Positions 49,175-59,891 are shown, counted from the first letter of the whole stretch. The stretch: DNA of 63,655 bases, filler included, from Neoconidiobolus thromboides FSU 785 (GCA_025603075.1; 7 parts of 7 records of this genome joined end to end with filler, not necessarily neighbours in it); one strand, 5' to 3'. Numbers and translations: made by a program. The notes: generated from the letters alone by a model not told the origin.

Positions 49175-49630
49175 ATGTCATTAAGTCGATTTTTAAGAAG
49201 TTCACTTCAACCATTTGAACATCTACATCTATCCCCATTACAACATAGCTTTAGAAATAGAGGTCCACTATTGACTTTTAATGATAATTGGGATGAGTTT
49301 TTAAATCCAAAAGTAGAAGTAATTAGAAAAGACCAGCAAACCATTGTTCAAGCCGAGTTAGCTGGTTTTAATAAAGAAGATATTCAAATCAATGTCTCTG
49401 AAGATCAACGTCAATTAGTTCTTAGTGGTGAATCTAAAAGAGATAAAACTCATAACGAAGGTGAGATTTCTTATAGTGAACGTGAGTATGGTAGCTTTAC
49501 TCGTAGCTTTACTCTTCCACCTGGTTCTAAAACTGAAGACATTAAGGCTAAATTTGATAATGGCTTACTAGAAGTTATCATTCCAAAGGGAGAAATTAAG
49601 GAACAGCAACGTCAAATTACTATTGATTAA
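49175..49630 (+). CDS. Small heat-shock protein (HSP20)
   Basis: PKVEV...AELAGFNKEDI...EREYGSFTRSFTLP...AKFDNGLLEV; paralogue of 48224-48655. Confidence 0.95.
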   Translation: MSLSRFLRSSLQPFEHLHLSPLQHSFRNRGPLLTFNDNWDEFLNPKVEVIRKDQQTIVQAELAGFNKEDIQINVSEDQRQLVLSGESKRDKTHNEGEISYSEREYGSFTRSFTLPPGSKTEDIKAKFDNGLLEVIIPKGEIKEQQRQITID

Positions 49631-49691
49631 GTGAATTAAGCTATCTTATATATATTTTATAAATTTATTTTTTCATTGTAAATAAAATATT

Positions 49692-49791
49692 NNNNNNNNN
49701 NNNNNNNNNNNNNNNNNNNNNNNNNNNNNNNNNNNTTAATTAATTAANNNNNNNNNNNNNNNNNNNNNNNNNNNNNNNNNNNNNNNNNNNN
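49692..49791. other. Artificial contig-joining spacer
   Basis: 100 bp N/TTAATTAATTAA/N. Confidence 0.97.
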
Positions 49792-49890
49792 ATGGATGGG
49801 TTCTTCTTTAAACCTGCTGCATTTGCTGCATTGGATATTCCTAAAAACGATTGGAATCATAGTGGTATTGGCTATCTTCCAGAAAACTAA
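49792..49890 (+). CDS. Probable 3' end of an unidentified gene
   Basis: GC-richer open frame from the contig edge: xDGFFFKPAAFAALDIPKNDWNHSGIGYLPEN*. Confidence 0.4.
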   Translation: MDGFFFKPAAFAALDIPKNDWNHSGIGYLPEN

Positions 49891-51150
49891 TATGAGTTTG
49901 TATTATTAATAAATTTAAGCTTTATTTAAAAATCATTTGCTTTTTTACTTAATTCTATATGAAAATAGATTGGGATAAATGAGTGAGTATATAAAAAGAT
50001 TTAATGAAAAATTAACTTTTGCGCTATAGAAATTCTGTAAAAATTCTACTTGAATATTGTATTAGTAATTTTTTATGATACTCAAAATGAGATTTTAGGT
50101 TAAAGCTGGGGTGGCAGTACTAGTCTAAAAGTCAACTACAACTGCTTTTACATTTAAAGTAGTTAATTCTCCACTGGGCTTTGTTTTTAATAAAGGAGTG
50201 ATTTTTTACATATTTCTTTACACTATAAAATTTTAGAATCCAACTTTAGAATTTTCCTTGATTCCTTAAAATAATATTGCCTGTTTGTAAAATATTGGGA
50301 TGTTGAATCCTTATCTTAATATTGATTTAAAATTTGAGTATGATAAAAAGTGATTTATTGTAAAACTTGACTCAACTGATATAATGTCTAATGACTACAA
50401 TGTTTCATGCTTAATTCATCTATTTATTATACCTTGGTATATACAAAAGTCTGCAATTTGAAAAGATGAGAAAATTTAAAATTTTGAATCCAGCTAATTA
50501 ATCTGAAAATGTATAGAGGAATATAGCTTGATCTCAAATAAACAAAATTTGTGTTTATTTAATATTAAAATTGTTTTCAAAAAGCAAGACAGTCATATCT
50601 AATTTTTAACCTAACAGCTTAGGAATTACATGTAAAAGAGCTGTAACCTTAATTAAAATACCATGCATCATTGTATTATAAAAAATAACTTTAAGGATCA
50701 AAAGTGATTAAATATTTGTATACAATGAGTTTAAAAACTTCCAAGGAGCTTTGAAGTTTGATTCTAAATTTCAATATAATAAGGTATATGAAATATGATC
50801 ATAAATTTTTTAAAGTTCAAATAATTACATAGTTTAATTTTATTTTATGTTTTCTGCATTTATTCCAAATCATCCTCAGCCCATGCTTACAAATATCGCT
50901 AAATGGCATGTAGTAATAATTAACGCGGTATCAATAAGATTTGTTTATCTAATATGATTTATGTCAGAATTCTCAGTCGTTTTCTACATTGTTTATCATA
51001 TTAAAACATGATTATTCTTTAAAAAGTAAAACAAATGGTGTTTTAAATGATACAATAAAGATAATCAGTTTTTAATAATGATATTTCATGTTATAAAAAT
51101 AAGTATTCAAAAAAGTATTTAAACTCAGTTAATTTTGACATGTTAAAGAT

Positions 51151-51250
51151 NNNNNNNNNNNNNNNNNNNNNNNNNNNNNNNNNNNNNNNNNNNNTTAATT
51201 AATTAANNNNNNNNNNNNNNNNNNNNNNNNNNNNNNNNNNNNNNNNNNNN
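51151..51250. other. Artificial contig-joining spacer
   Basis: 100 bp N/TTAATTAATTAA/N. Confidence 0.97.
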
Positions 51251-51661
51251 ATTTGAATGTTATTAAAAATAAATTATAAAACCCCTTAAAAAAGCCATTA
51301 AATTCATATAATAAATAACTGAGTTTATTCTTCAATGATTTTAAAAAAAGATGATATAAATAGTCCAAACTTGACATTCATATTAACTAACTTAATAGTT
51401 TTCTATTTTTCCTTTTCAATATCTATTAATTAATTTTACTCTGTTCCTAAAAATATGAAAATCAATTCTATTATCTTATCATTCTTTTATTTAATAACTA
51501 TTACAACTTCATTTGTACCTAATATTCCATCTATTCAAAAGGATTCTATACCAAAACCTCATAAATCAAGGTTTAGTCATAACATTTATTACTCAGAAAC
51601 AGATAATCAAATAACAGATAATGAACTAACAGATAATAAATTAACACAAGAAGTCAACTTC

Positions 51662-51697
<36 letters not shown>

Positions 51698-51943
51698 TTA
51701 ATTAAACCAACTGAAATAGTACCTCAATCTACTCAATCTACTCAATCTCAAACTTATCAATCTCAAAGTGTTAAACCTGATGATAATCAATCTTATCATA
51801 ACAAAATTTATAGTGTCAAATCCCAAAATCTTCAACCTAAACAAGCTAATTTACCTACATATCTTCAATTAAGTAATCTTGATTTAATACAATTAATGAA
51901 ACTCAATGGTTTAATTCAAGATGATGATTCTATTAACCTGTAA
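51251..51943 (+). repeat. Left arm (693 bp) of the inverted repeat bounding contig 51251-56667
   Basis: Reverse complement of 55975-56667; one synonymous mismatch seen (51937 vs 55981). Confidence 0.95.
51455..51943 (+). CDS. Secreted Asn/Gln/Ser-rich protein (162 aa), copy A
   Basis: Signal peptide MKINSIILSFFYLITITTS; poly-Asn; protein identical to copy B. Confidence 0.75.
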
Positions 51944-52532
51944 AGTAAACTCAATGGACATATCCTAATGGCATTTAGCATACTTTATTCAGAAAGTATG
52001 TCTTAAAAACAAAATCATGGATAAAACGTCCAAAAACAGGCATCTGGTGTTGTAATGGCTTTACTTTTTGAGTTTAATAAAAAAAATCGTCTTTAAAATC
52101 TGAATTCCACATAACTTTTTTTGTTTTCGAACTGATTTTAGTTGCAAAAACAACTACGCTAATTAATTTTATATATTACTTTTATTTAATAAACATTGTT
52201 TTAAAAAACTATACAACTTTTAAAAAGTCGAATTCGAGATTAGAAATTTTGATTATCGAACCTTGGAATAAAGCCCAAAGTTAACCAATCACATTGTCTT
52301 ATTCTAACATACTTTTTTCCAAAAGTATGCCATGCATATTACAAGGTGATCTATAGTAATCTGATTTTTTGGGCAAATCCAAATTTATAGAATTACCTTA
52401 TTTAAAATTTTCTTTTATCTATTGTTTTTTTAAATTAATGTTACATGGAAATGAACAGAAAATGAACAAAAAATGAAATTGGAAAGTCTTATTTTTAATT
52501 TTAATCAGGTTTTTAACAAAATAAATAACATA

Positions 52533-52631
52533 TGGGGATGTATTTTTGTGTTTAAGAATTTTACTAACAAATTTTCCGCTCAAATAGCGCTTAAAAGATG
52601 AAAAAATAATGAAGCCAAAAAAACACTCCCA
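52533..52631 (+). mobile_element. ~100-bp MITE copy
   Basis: TGGGGATGT...ACACTCCCA, TA flanks. Confidence 0.9.
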
Positions 52632-52785
52632 TATTCAGGTTTCCTTTTCAAAATTATACTCTATTAGTTCCAACCTTAACTCAACTTAATAAATAGCTTT
52701 TAAAACAATAATAAAAAAGGCCAACTATAGCCATCAAATAGAAAAAAGTTTAAGTATTAAATCATTTATTAATTATTCAATAACT

Positions 52786-53838
52786 TTAATACTTCCTGCC
52801 CCCACCACCTAGCAAATTTAATTTCTTTAAGTCAACGTGAACTAATTGACCATCATTCAATACATTAACATTTAATTTAGCGTCAGCGATTCCATCAACA
52901 ACAGCTTTAATATCAGCATCAGCTACACCATTCTCACCTAATACATTAGTTTTGACATCAGCTTTAGCAACATCAGCGACATTGGCTTTGACATCAGCAT
53001 TAGCAACTCCATCTTTTCCTAATACATTAGCTTTGACATCAGCTTTAGCAACATCAGCAACATTGGCTTTGACATCAGCATTAACTAGCCCCTTTTTGGA
53101 GAGTAAATCGGCAATTATGTCGGCTTTAATTAAATCATTAACAACATTAGCTTTAATATCCAAGTTAGCAAGTGCTTTATCTTTACTTAAAAGGTCAAGG
53201 AGGATTTGAAATTTCAGTAAATCAATATCACTAACTTTAATATCAGTACCAATTGATATTGGTAGAGCCTTATGCTCTGGTTGCGAGTCTTTGGATAGAT
53301 TAATTTGATCTTTTTTAAGTTGAGATTGATATTTTTGTGCTTCGTCATCTTGAGGTTGAATTTCTTCAGGGGTTTTTTTGGATAGACTATTTTCTTCTGA
53401 TTTGTTTTCTTGAGGTTTAACTTCTTGAGGTTTATTTTCTTGAGATTTAGTTTCCTTAAGCTTGTTTTCTTGAGGTTTGTTTTCTTTTGATTTATTTTCT
53501 TGAACCTCAATTCCCTCAGGTTTGATATCTTGGGGCTTATTTTCTTGAAGCTTGTTTACTTCCAATTTGTCTTCTTGAGGTTTATCTTGATGCTTATTAT
53601 CTTGAAGTTGAAGTTGAGGCTTTATCTCTTCAGGTATTTTAGCTGAGTTTTCAGCTTGATATTTATTATTATCATTGCTACTGGGTTTCAAAATGGGTTG
53701 ATTTTCAATAGTAGCAATATTTAATAGATTAGATTCAATTGAATTTAGATTTAACAATTCATTATTATTGCTAGTTTCATGAGATGCAATATTAGTTATA
53801 AAAGAAAGCAATACTAAAGTTATGTAAATGTTTTTCAT
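52786..53838 (-). CDS. Secreted repeat protein (ENKPQ pentapeptides plus 27-aa ADVKANV repeats), 350 aa
   Basis: Signal peptide MKNIYITLVLLSFITNIAS; 81-bp DNA tandem period (52951/53032). Confidence 0.85.
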   Translation of the reverse strand: MKNIYITLVLLSFITNIASHETSNNNELLNLNSIESNLLNIATIENQPILKPSSNDNNKYQAENSAKIPEEIKPQLQLQDNKHQDKPQEDKLEVNKLQENKPQDIKPEGIEVQENKSKENKPQENKLKETKSQENKPQEVKPQENKSEENSLSKKTPEEIQPQDDEAQKYQSQLKKDQINLSKDSQPEHKALPISIGTDIKVSDIDLLKFQILLDLLSKDKALANLDIKANVVNDLIKADIIADLLSKKGLVNADVKANVADVAKADVKANVLGKDGVANADVKANVADVAKADVKTNVLGENGVADADIKAVVDGIADAKLNVNVLNDGQLVHVDLKKLNLLGGGGRKY

Positions 53839-55223
53839 TTTAGATTATGGATTATTAGTTGTTAGTTATAAAGTATTAATGAAATATTATTATTATATTA
53901 TTGAAGTTCAAATAAAACTATAAGTTAAATATTAAGATAGCCAATATTTCAGAGTATTTATACTATCCCTTTATGTTGTATTTTAATCAATTCCTTGTTT
54001 TATAAATCATATTGAATGAACTTTAAAAGGTTCCTTTTTGATAATAAAAATTAAGTGGGATTTATTTCCTTCCACCAAATTGTTATTGATTTTTTTAAAG
54101 AGGAGAGATACTCATCCTAACAAACAATATTTTACTTTAGTAATTGTTATTTATTTCTATTTTTGTTATAAATAATTTGAGCGGAAAATAACCTATTAGT
54201 TAAGTTCAAAATGGTATTGTTATCAACACTAATACTTTTTTAATTTTACAGTAGTTTTTAATCCAAAGTAATAATATTAAGATTTTTATTAGTGTTAGTG
54301 TCAAGAGTACTATTTTTTATTGTGAACTCTAGTTGATATTTTTTATCATTGTGAAGCTAATTTCTTTATTATAAAATTATGAATCTTTGTAGGAATTTTT
54401 TTACATATATTGATTTTTTAAAGCTAAAACAAAAATATGTATCAAACTTGGATGGCTACTAATAATTATTAAAGTTTCAAAAGTCGATATATAATCTTGG
54501 TAACCTTCAATATCAATTTTTATAAAAAAACCACTTCTTTTTTCCAATCTATTTTTATAACATATTAATCAGATAACTGATTCCACTATTTACGATTTAG
54601 CAAGGATAAATGAAATTTATATATATATATAGAATTCTAACATTGGATTATAAGATAACGACAGGCAGCATATATTACCCGGATTGAATTAAAAGGTAAT
54701 CTAATCAATCAAGATTCTAAGAGTTAATTTGTAAAATTGGTAAATGAAACTATTTGTTCTTATAAAAAACCTCTCAACTTTTAGGACCCTTTTTATAACT
54801 TATTAATAATAGGTGTGGATTTTATTACACTATTTTTTACACTATGAATCTAATTGATATTCCATTTATTAATATTAGGATTCAGAAAGTGTTAAAATAC
54901 AAATAAGTAATTACAGTTACTAAAACTAATATATAAAATTACTAATTCAAACCATTTATTCCAATAAAAAAGCCACTTCTTTCATTACTGTTTTTATAAC
55001 GTATTAGCTAAAGATAGCATACTGTGAGTTATTTTCAATATTAATTTGAATCAATGAAATGTTCTACCTATTAGAAATTTAATAATACTAAATAATAAAA
55101 TAACGATAGCTAATACCTTTCAACAACTCTAATATATAAAATAAACAGCTTCAAACTTTTATTCTATTGAAAAAACCACTTCTTTTATCACCCCTTTCTG
55201 TAACATATTAAAGAAAGATAATA

Positions 55224-55323
55224 TTGGGATGTATTTTTGTGTTTAAGAATTTTACTAATAAATTTTTCGCTTAAATAGCGCTTAAAGAATGGAAAAAATA
55301 ATGAAGTCAAAAAAACACTCCCA
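55224..55323 (+). mobile_element. ~100-bp MITE copy
   Basis: Consensus match, TA flanks. Confidence 0.85.
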
Positions 55324-55755
55324 TATATTGTAAGTTATTATCAATATTAATTATTACAATTGAAATATTATCACAATTAAAAGTATGTAAATTTATAGAA
55401 TTACAATAATGAAAATCATACAGTATTAAATGAAATTAATTTGAATTCAAAAAAATGTTAAATGCTAAAAAAATATTCAAAATCATTATCATAATTGATA
55501 GCTTTTGCTCTTTTCTTTAAAAGTTTTTAATTATTTATAAACCAAATTAACAAAGTATCTTAAAAGTCAATAAATTAATATGTTTTTGCTATAACTTTTA
55601 CAATGTTTTATTAATATTTAAGCAAGAAAGAGCATTTTTAATCCACTTAATAACCCATTCCACTTTCATTTTGAATTATTTATTAATTTTTTAATATCAG
55701 TTTTAATTCTCATCATCTAATAAAATTTAGTTTTTTCAAATGGACTTAAAACAAT

Positions 55756-55974
55756 TTAGCATCTCTTCAATACATTAGCACTAGATTTAATATTAGCTTC
55801 AACGATATCAGCAGCATTAAGCTTAATATTAGCATCAATCACACTATCTTTACCTAATATACTAGCTTTAAGTTGAGCATTAGTTTTAATCTCAGTAGCA
55901 ATTAAACCATTTTTTGATAGCTCATAGATATAGATGGTGACTTTGATTAAATTATTCAATTTATTAAGTTTATT
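55756..55974 (-). pseudogene. Degenerate repeat-domain tail in frame behind the stop of copy B
   Basis: NKLNKLNNLIKVTIYIYELSKNGL...KASILGKDSVIDANIK is colinear with IKANVVNDLIKADIIADLLSKKGL...KANVLGKDGVANADVK of 52786-53838. Confidence 0.7.
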
Positions 55975-56220
55975 TTACAGATTAATAGAATCATCATCTT
56001 GAATTAAACCATTGAGTTTCATTAATTGTATTAAATCAAGATTACTTAATTGAAGATATGTAGGTAAATTAGCTTGTTTAGGTTGAAGATTTTGGGATTT
56101 GACACTATAAATTTTGTTATGATAAGATTGATTATCATCAGGTTTAACACTTTGAGATTGATAAGTTTGAGATTGAGTAGATTGAGTAGATTGAGGTACT
56201 ATTTCAGTTGGTTTAATTAA

Positions 56221-56256
<36 letters not shown>

Positions 56257-56463
56257 GAAGTTGACTTCTTGTGTTAATTTATTATCTGTTAGTTCATTAT
56301 CTGTTATTTGATTATCTGTTTCTGAGTAATAAATGTTATGACTAAACCTTGATTTATGAGGTTTTGGTATAGAATCCTTTTGAATAGATGGAATATTAGG
56401 TACAAATGAAGTTGTAATAGTTATTAAATAAAAGAATGATAAGATAATAGAATTGATTTTCAT
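55975..56463 (-). CDS. Secreted Asn/Gln/Ser-rich protein (162 aa), copy B
   Basis: Same protein as 51455-51943. Confidence 0.75.
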
Positions 56464-56667
56464 ATTTTTAGGAACAGAGTAAAATTAATTAATAGATATT
56501 GAAAAGGAAAAATAGAAAACTATTAAGTTAGTTAATATGAATGTCAAGTTTGGACTATTTATATCATCTTTTTTTAAAATCATTGAAGAATAAACTCAGT
56601 TATTTATTATATGAATTTAATGGCTTTTTTAAGGGGTTTTATAATTTATTTTTAATAACATTCAAAT
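55975..56667 (-). repeat. Right arm of the inverted repeat bounding contig 51251-56667
   Basis: Reverse complement of 51251-51943. Confidence 0.95.
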
Positions 56668-56767
56668 NNNNNNNNNNNNNNNNNNNNNNNNNNNNNNNNN
56701 NNNNNNNNNNNTTAATTAATTAANNNNNNNNNNNNNNNNNNNNNNNNNNNNNNNNNNNNNNNNNNNN
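56668..56767. other. Artificial contig-joining spacer
   Basis: 100 bp N/TTAATTAATTAA/N. Confidence 0.97.
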
Positions 56768-58021
56768 GATGAAGAAAGATTAGTAATGTTATCTGAATTA
56801 TGGCATAAACCAAGTGATGAATTACTCAAAGGATTATTGAGTGTCCCTTTTAGATTTGTTGGTCCATCTGATAGTATTCTGACTAATGGTATGACTTATA
56901 AAGTATGGGATAATGCTGGAGCTAATAATTCTACTGTACCATTTAATAATGGATACAATGTTATTAATGTAAAGCCAAATAAAAGATATAGATTACGTCT
57001 GATTGCTGCCAATGGACTTTCGTTCCTTAGTTTCCGTATTCCAGGACACAAGTTTACTTTAATTGAAGCCGATGGTACTATTATTGAACCTGTTGAAGTT
57101 GATCATATTGAAATGACGCCTGGACAAAGATATTCTGTTATTATGGAAACTAATCAACAAGTTGATAATTATTATGCTTATACTCAGGTTACTGGTGGTT
57201 CTGTAACCCCTAACAATGGTGTTGCTATCCTTCACTATGATGGTGCTGAAAGTGCTGATGCATTAAAAAGAATATCAACTACTCCACCAACTCCTACTGG
57301 ACCATTCAATCGTTGGGTAGAATCCCAACTATTCACATCAAAATGGTATAACAAAGGACTCAGCTCTCATTATTATCCAGTTCCTAAAAAGGCAACCAAA
57401 GAAATTATGCTAAATGTAATTTCTTCGAGTAACGAAGGTCTTCCAATTTTTACCGTTAATGACGTCATTGTGAAGCCAAGGAATACAACTATATGGGATG
57501 ATGTTATTAGTGGAAGGCATAAGCCTACCCCAGGTATATACGAAATCACTGAAGGTGATGAAATTCAACTTATTGTTCAACACCTTACATCTCCTGGACG
57601 TGCTTGTGCTTCTCACCCATGGCATTTACATGGTCACTCTTTCTTCGTTGTAGGACATGGATCTGATGTATATAACCCAGAAGTTGATAGAAAAGTTATT
57701 GATACTAATTTAAACAACCCTTCTAAAATTCCAATCTATCGTGATACTTTCATTCAATATGCAAACAACGTCCAAACTTCTGCTAAATCTGCCAGTCATC
57801 AGCTTTCAGATACATTAGGAGTTAAAGTAAATAATGAGAATTCCAATGAAATCTTCCATAATTTTGGAAACTCTCGCGCTGCTTCTGAAAGCGTTCCATG
57901 CGGGTGGTATGCTATTCGCTTTAAGGCTGATAACCCAGGCTCATGGTATATGCACTGCCATATCACTGCACATTTGGTTATGGGCAAACAACTTGTTATT
58001 AACGAATCTCCTAAAAAGTAA
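56768..58021 (+). CDS. Multicopper oxidase (laccase/ascorbate-oxidase-like), domains 2-3; 5' end missing
   Basis: Open from the contig edge; RYRLRLIAANG, EADGT, HPWHLHGH, RFKADNPG and WYMHCHITAH. Confidence 0.92.
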   Translation, partial: DEERLVMLSELWHKPSDELLKGLLSVPFRFVGPSDSILTNGMTYKVWDNAGANNSTVPFNNGYNVINVKPNKRYRLRLIAANGLSFLSFRIPGHKFTLIEADGTIIEPVEVDHIEMTPGQRYSVIMETNQQVDNYYAYTQVTGGSVTPNNGVAILHYDGAESADALKRISTTPPTPTGPFNRWVESQLFTSKWYNKGLSSHYYPVPKKATKEIMLNVISSSNEGLPIFTVNDVIVKPRNTTIWDDVISGRHKPTPGIYEITEGDEIQLIVQHLTSPGRACASHPWHLHGHSFFVVGHGSDVYNPEVDRKVIDTNLNNPSKIPIYRDTFIQYANNVQTSAKSASHQLSDTLGVKVNNENSNEIFHNFGNSRAASESVPCGWYAIRFKADNPGSWYMHCHITAHLVMGKQLVINESPKK

Positions 58022-58716
58022 TTTCTTAGTTTTATTTAATTATTAAATATTATTGAAGCTTTTTGAAAATTATATTTGATTAGAAAATTATCTATTAGAT
58101 ATACATGATTCAGTATATATATAAATTACAGCCTTTTTACTACTAAAAAACAATTAAAAATATACAAAAAATAGATAAAATAAAAATGATCTTAACAATT
58201 TGTAAATTTATTTTTGTATTTGTGAAAATTAAATAAACATCTTTTTTGAATATGGAAGGTGTTCAAATTAGTTTCATTTTTTGTTTAATTTTTAAAAAAG
58301 TTATATTTTAAAAATTTTACTTAAAATTTATAGAAATTTGTTTTTGTTAAAAAGCAACACTAAACAGTTTTAAATTATTTTATTATAGATTATATTATAA
58401 ATTAGCGGGATTTCTACTGAATTTAGTAGAAATCACCAGATTGGCAAGGCTTTTATCAATATGATCTATATTTCAACACCAGGATTAAGCAAAGCTATAT
58501 TGTGTAAATAAACACATATTCGTATAAAACTTCATTAAGAAATATTTATTATTGACTGCTTTATAGGCAACATTACAGATTTGCTATCAAATAAATAAGT
58601 TATTTTAACGTTATAGTTATATTGTCAGTGTATTATTAAGTTAATAAATAGTTGAATGAGAGAGAACTGTTAGCCCCAAAACTATAATTAACCATCCCTA
58701 TGTTATATAAACAGTA

Positions 58717-59044
58717 TAATAATAGTTTTTATTTATTATTACAATTACTTGCTCTTTAACTATTTATTAGCTTAGCTATTAGTAACTTAAATAATATTGA
58801 CCCTTAATAATTGATTTCTATCATTTAATAAGCTACTTGCTTGCTTAGTAAATGTTGAAACTCTTAAACTTTCTGCTATTTTTGTAAGATAACTTAGGAT
58901 TAGTTTTTTAGTTTTTTAGTTTTTTATAAACTTTACAACTTTGACTATAATTATATCGCTTTTTTTAATCTATTAAATACTGGACAGCGACGTAGTTTAT
59001 TATTTTATTTAATAAAATACAAATACTTTCTAATAGCTTATATT
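58717..59044 (+). repeat. ~320-bp dispersed repeat, second copy
   Basis: Aligns with 21623-21944. Confidence 0.75.
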
Positions 59045-59124
59045 CTACTATTTTTTTGTATTTTTGTTTCTTTTATACTTTTTAAAAATTACATCTGCTT
59101 TCCGATTATTATTAATTAAATTAT

Positions 59125-59225
59125 TGGGGATGTTTTTTTCTGTTTAAGAATTTTACTAACAATTTTTCCACTCAAATAGTGTTTAAAAAAATGGAAAAAT
59201 AATGAAATCAAAAAAAACACCCCCA
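59125..59225 (+). mobile_element. ~100-bp MITE copy
   Basis: TGGGGATGT...ACACCCCCA. Confidence 0.88.
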
Positions 59226-59421
59226 TTAATTCTATTATTTTCGCAAATAAGAATCTCAAATTTTAAAATTAATTCATTTATGTTTTTTCCATGATACTTG
59301 GCAAAAAAAATCAAAGTTGATATTTAAACTACTATTTACTTTATAAATCTCTTTAAATGCATAATATAAAAACTTTTAAAATTTATAATAATCTCTTACA
59401 TCTATATATATATATCAACTT

Positions 59422-59515
59422 TGTGAAATATCATCTCGTCAACTCTATTATTGATTATAACATAATAACTATTTAAGTTGTTGTGTTCTCGAGTTCAGAG
59501 ACAATCAATCTCAGG
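59422..59515 (+). mobile_element. 5' fragment of the LTR family
   Basis: TGTGAAATA...gagttcagaga..aatca matches the first ~95 bp of the 8423 and 21945 copies. Confidence 0.7.
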
Positions 59516-59629
59516 CTTTATTTTTTATTATTGTATTTATTTTTCTTTGAATTTTTTTTAAACTATATATTGGGCACATATATTCTATAAATATGTTTTT
59601 TTACTATATTTTTGAAATCATCTAGTGTA

Positions 59630-59729
59630 TGTGAGTATCTTTTTTGACTTCATTATTATTTCCATTTTTTAAGTGCATTTAAGTGGGAAATTTGTTAGTA
59701 AAATTCTTAAATACAAAAATACACCTCCA
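59630..59729 (-). mobile_element. MITE copy
   Basis: Reverse-orientation consensus. Confidence 0.75.
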
Positions 59730-59793
59730 TGTATTTAAAAAGTATTAATCTAGCTATTTTTTTATTTTTCAAATTATCAAAATATTTATTATA

Positions 59794-59891
59794 TGGGGAT
59801 GTGTTTTTTTGTAAGAATTTTACTAATAATCTTTCCGCTCAAATAGTGCTTAAAGGATGGAAAAGGTAACGAAGCCAAAAAAACATTCCCA
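59794..59891 (+). mobile_element. ~100-bp MITE copy
   Basis: TGGGGATGT...ACATTCCCA, TA flanks. Confidence 0.9.

Noticed and set aside
55975-55977. TAA reassignment (alternative genetic code)
   Set aside because: Nearly all well-conserved genes here terminate at TAA at the expected C-terminus.
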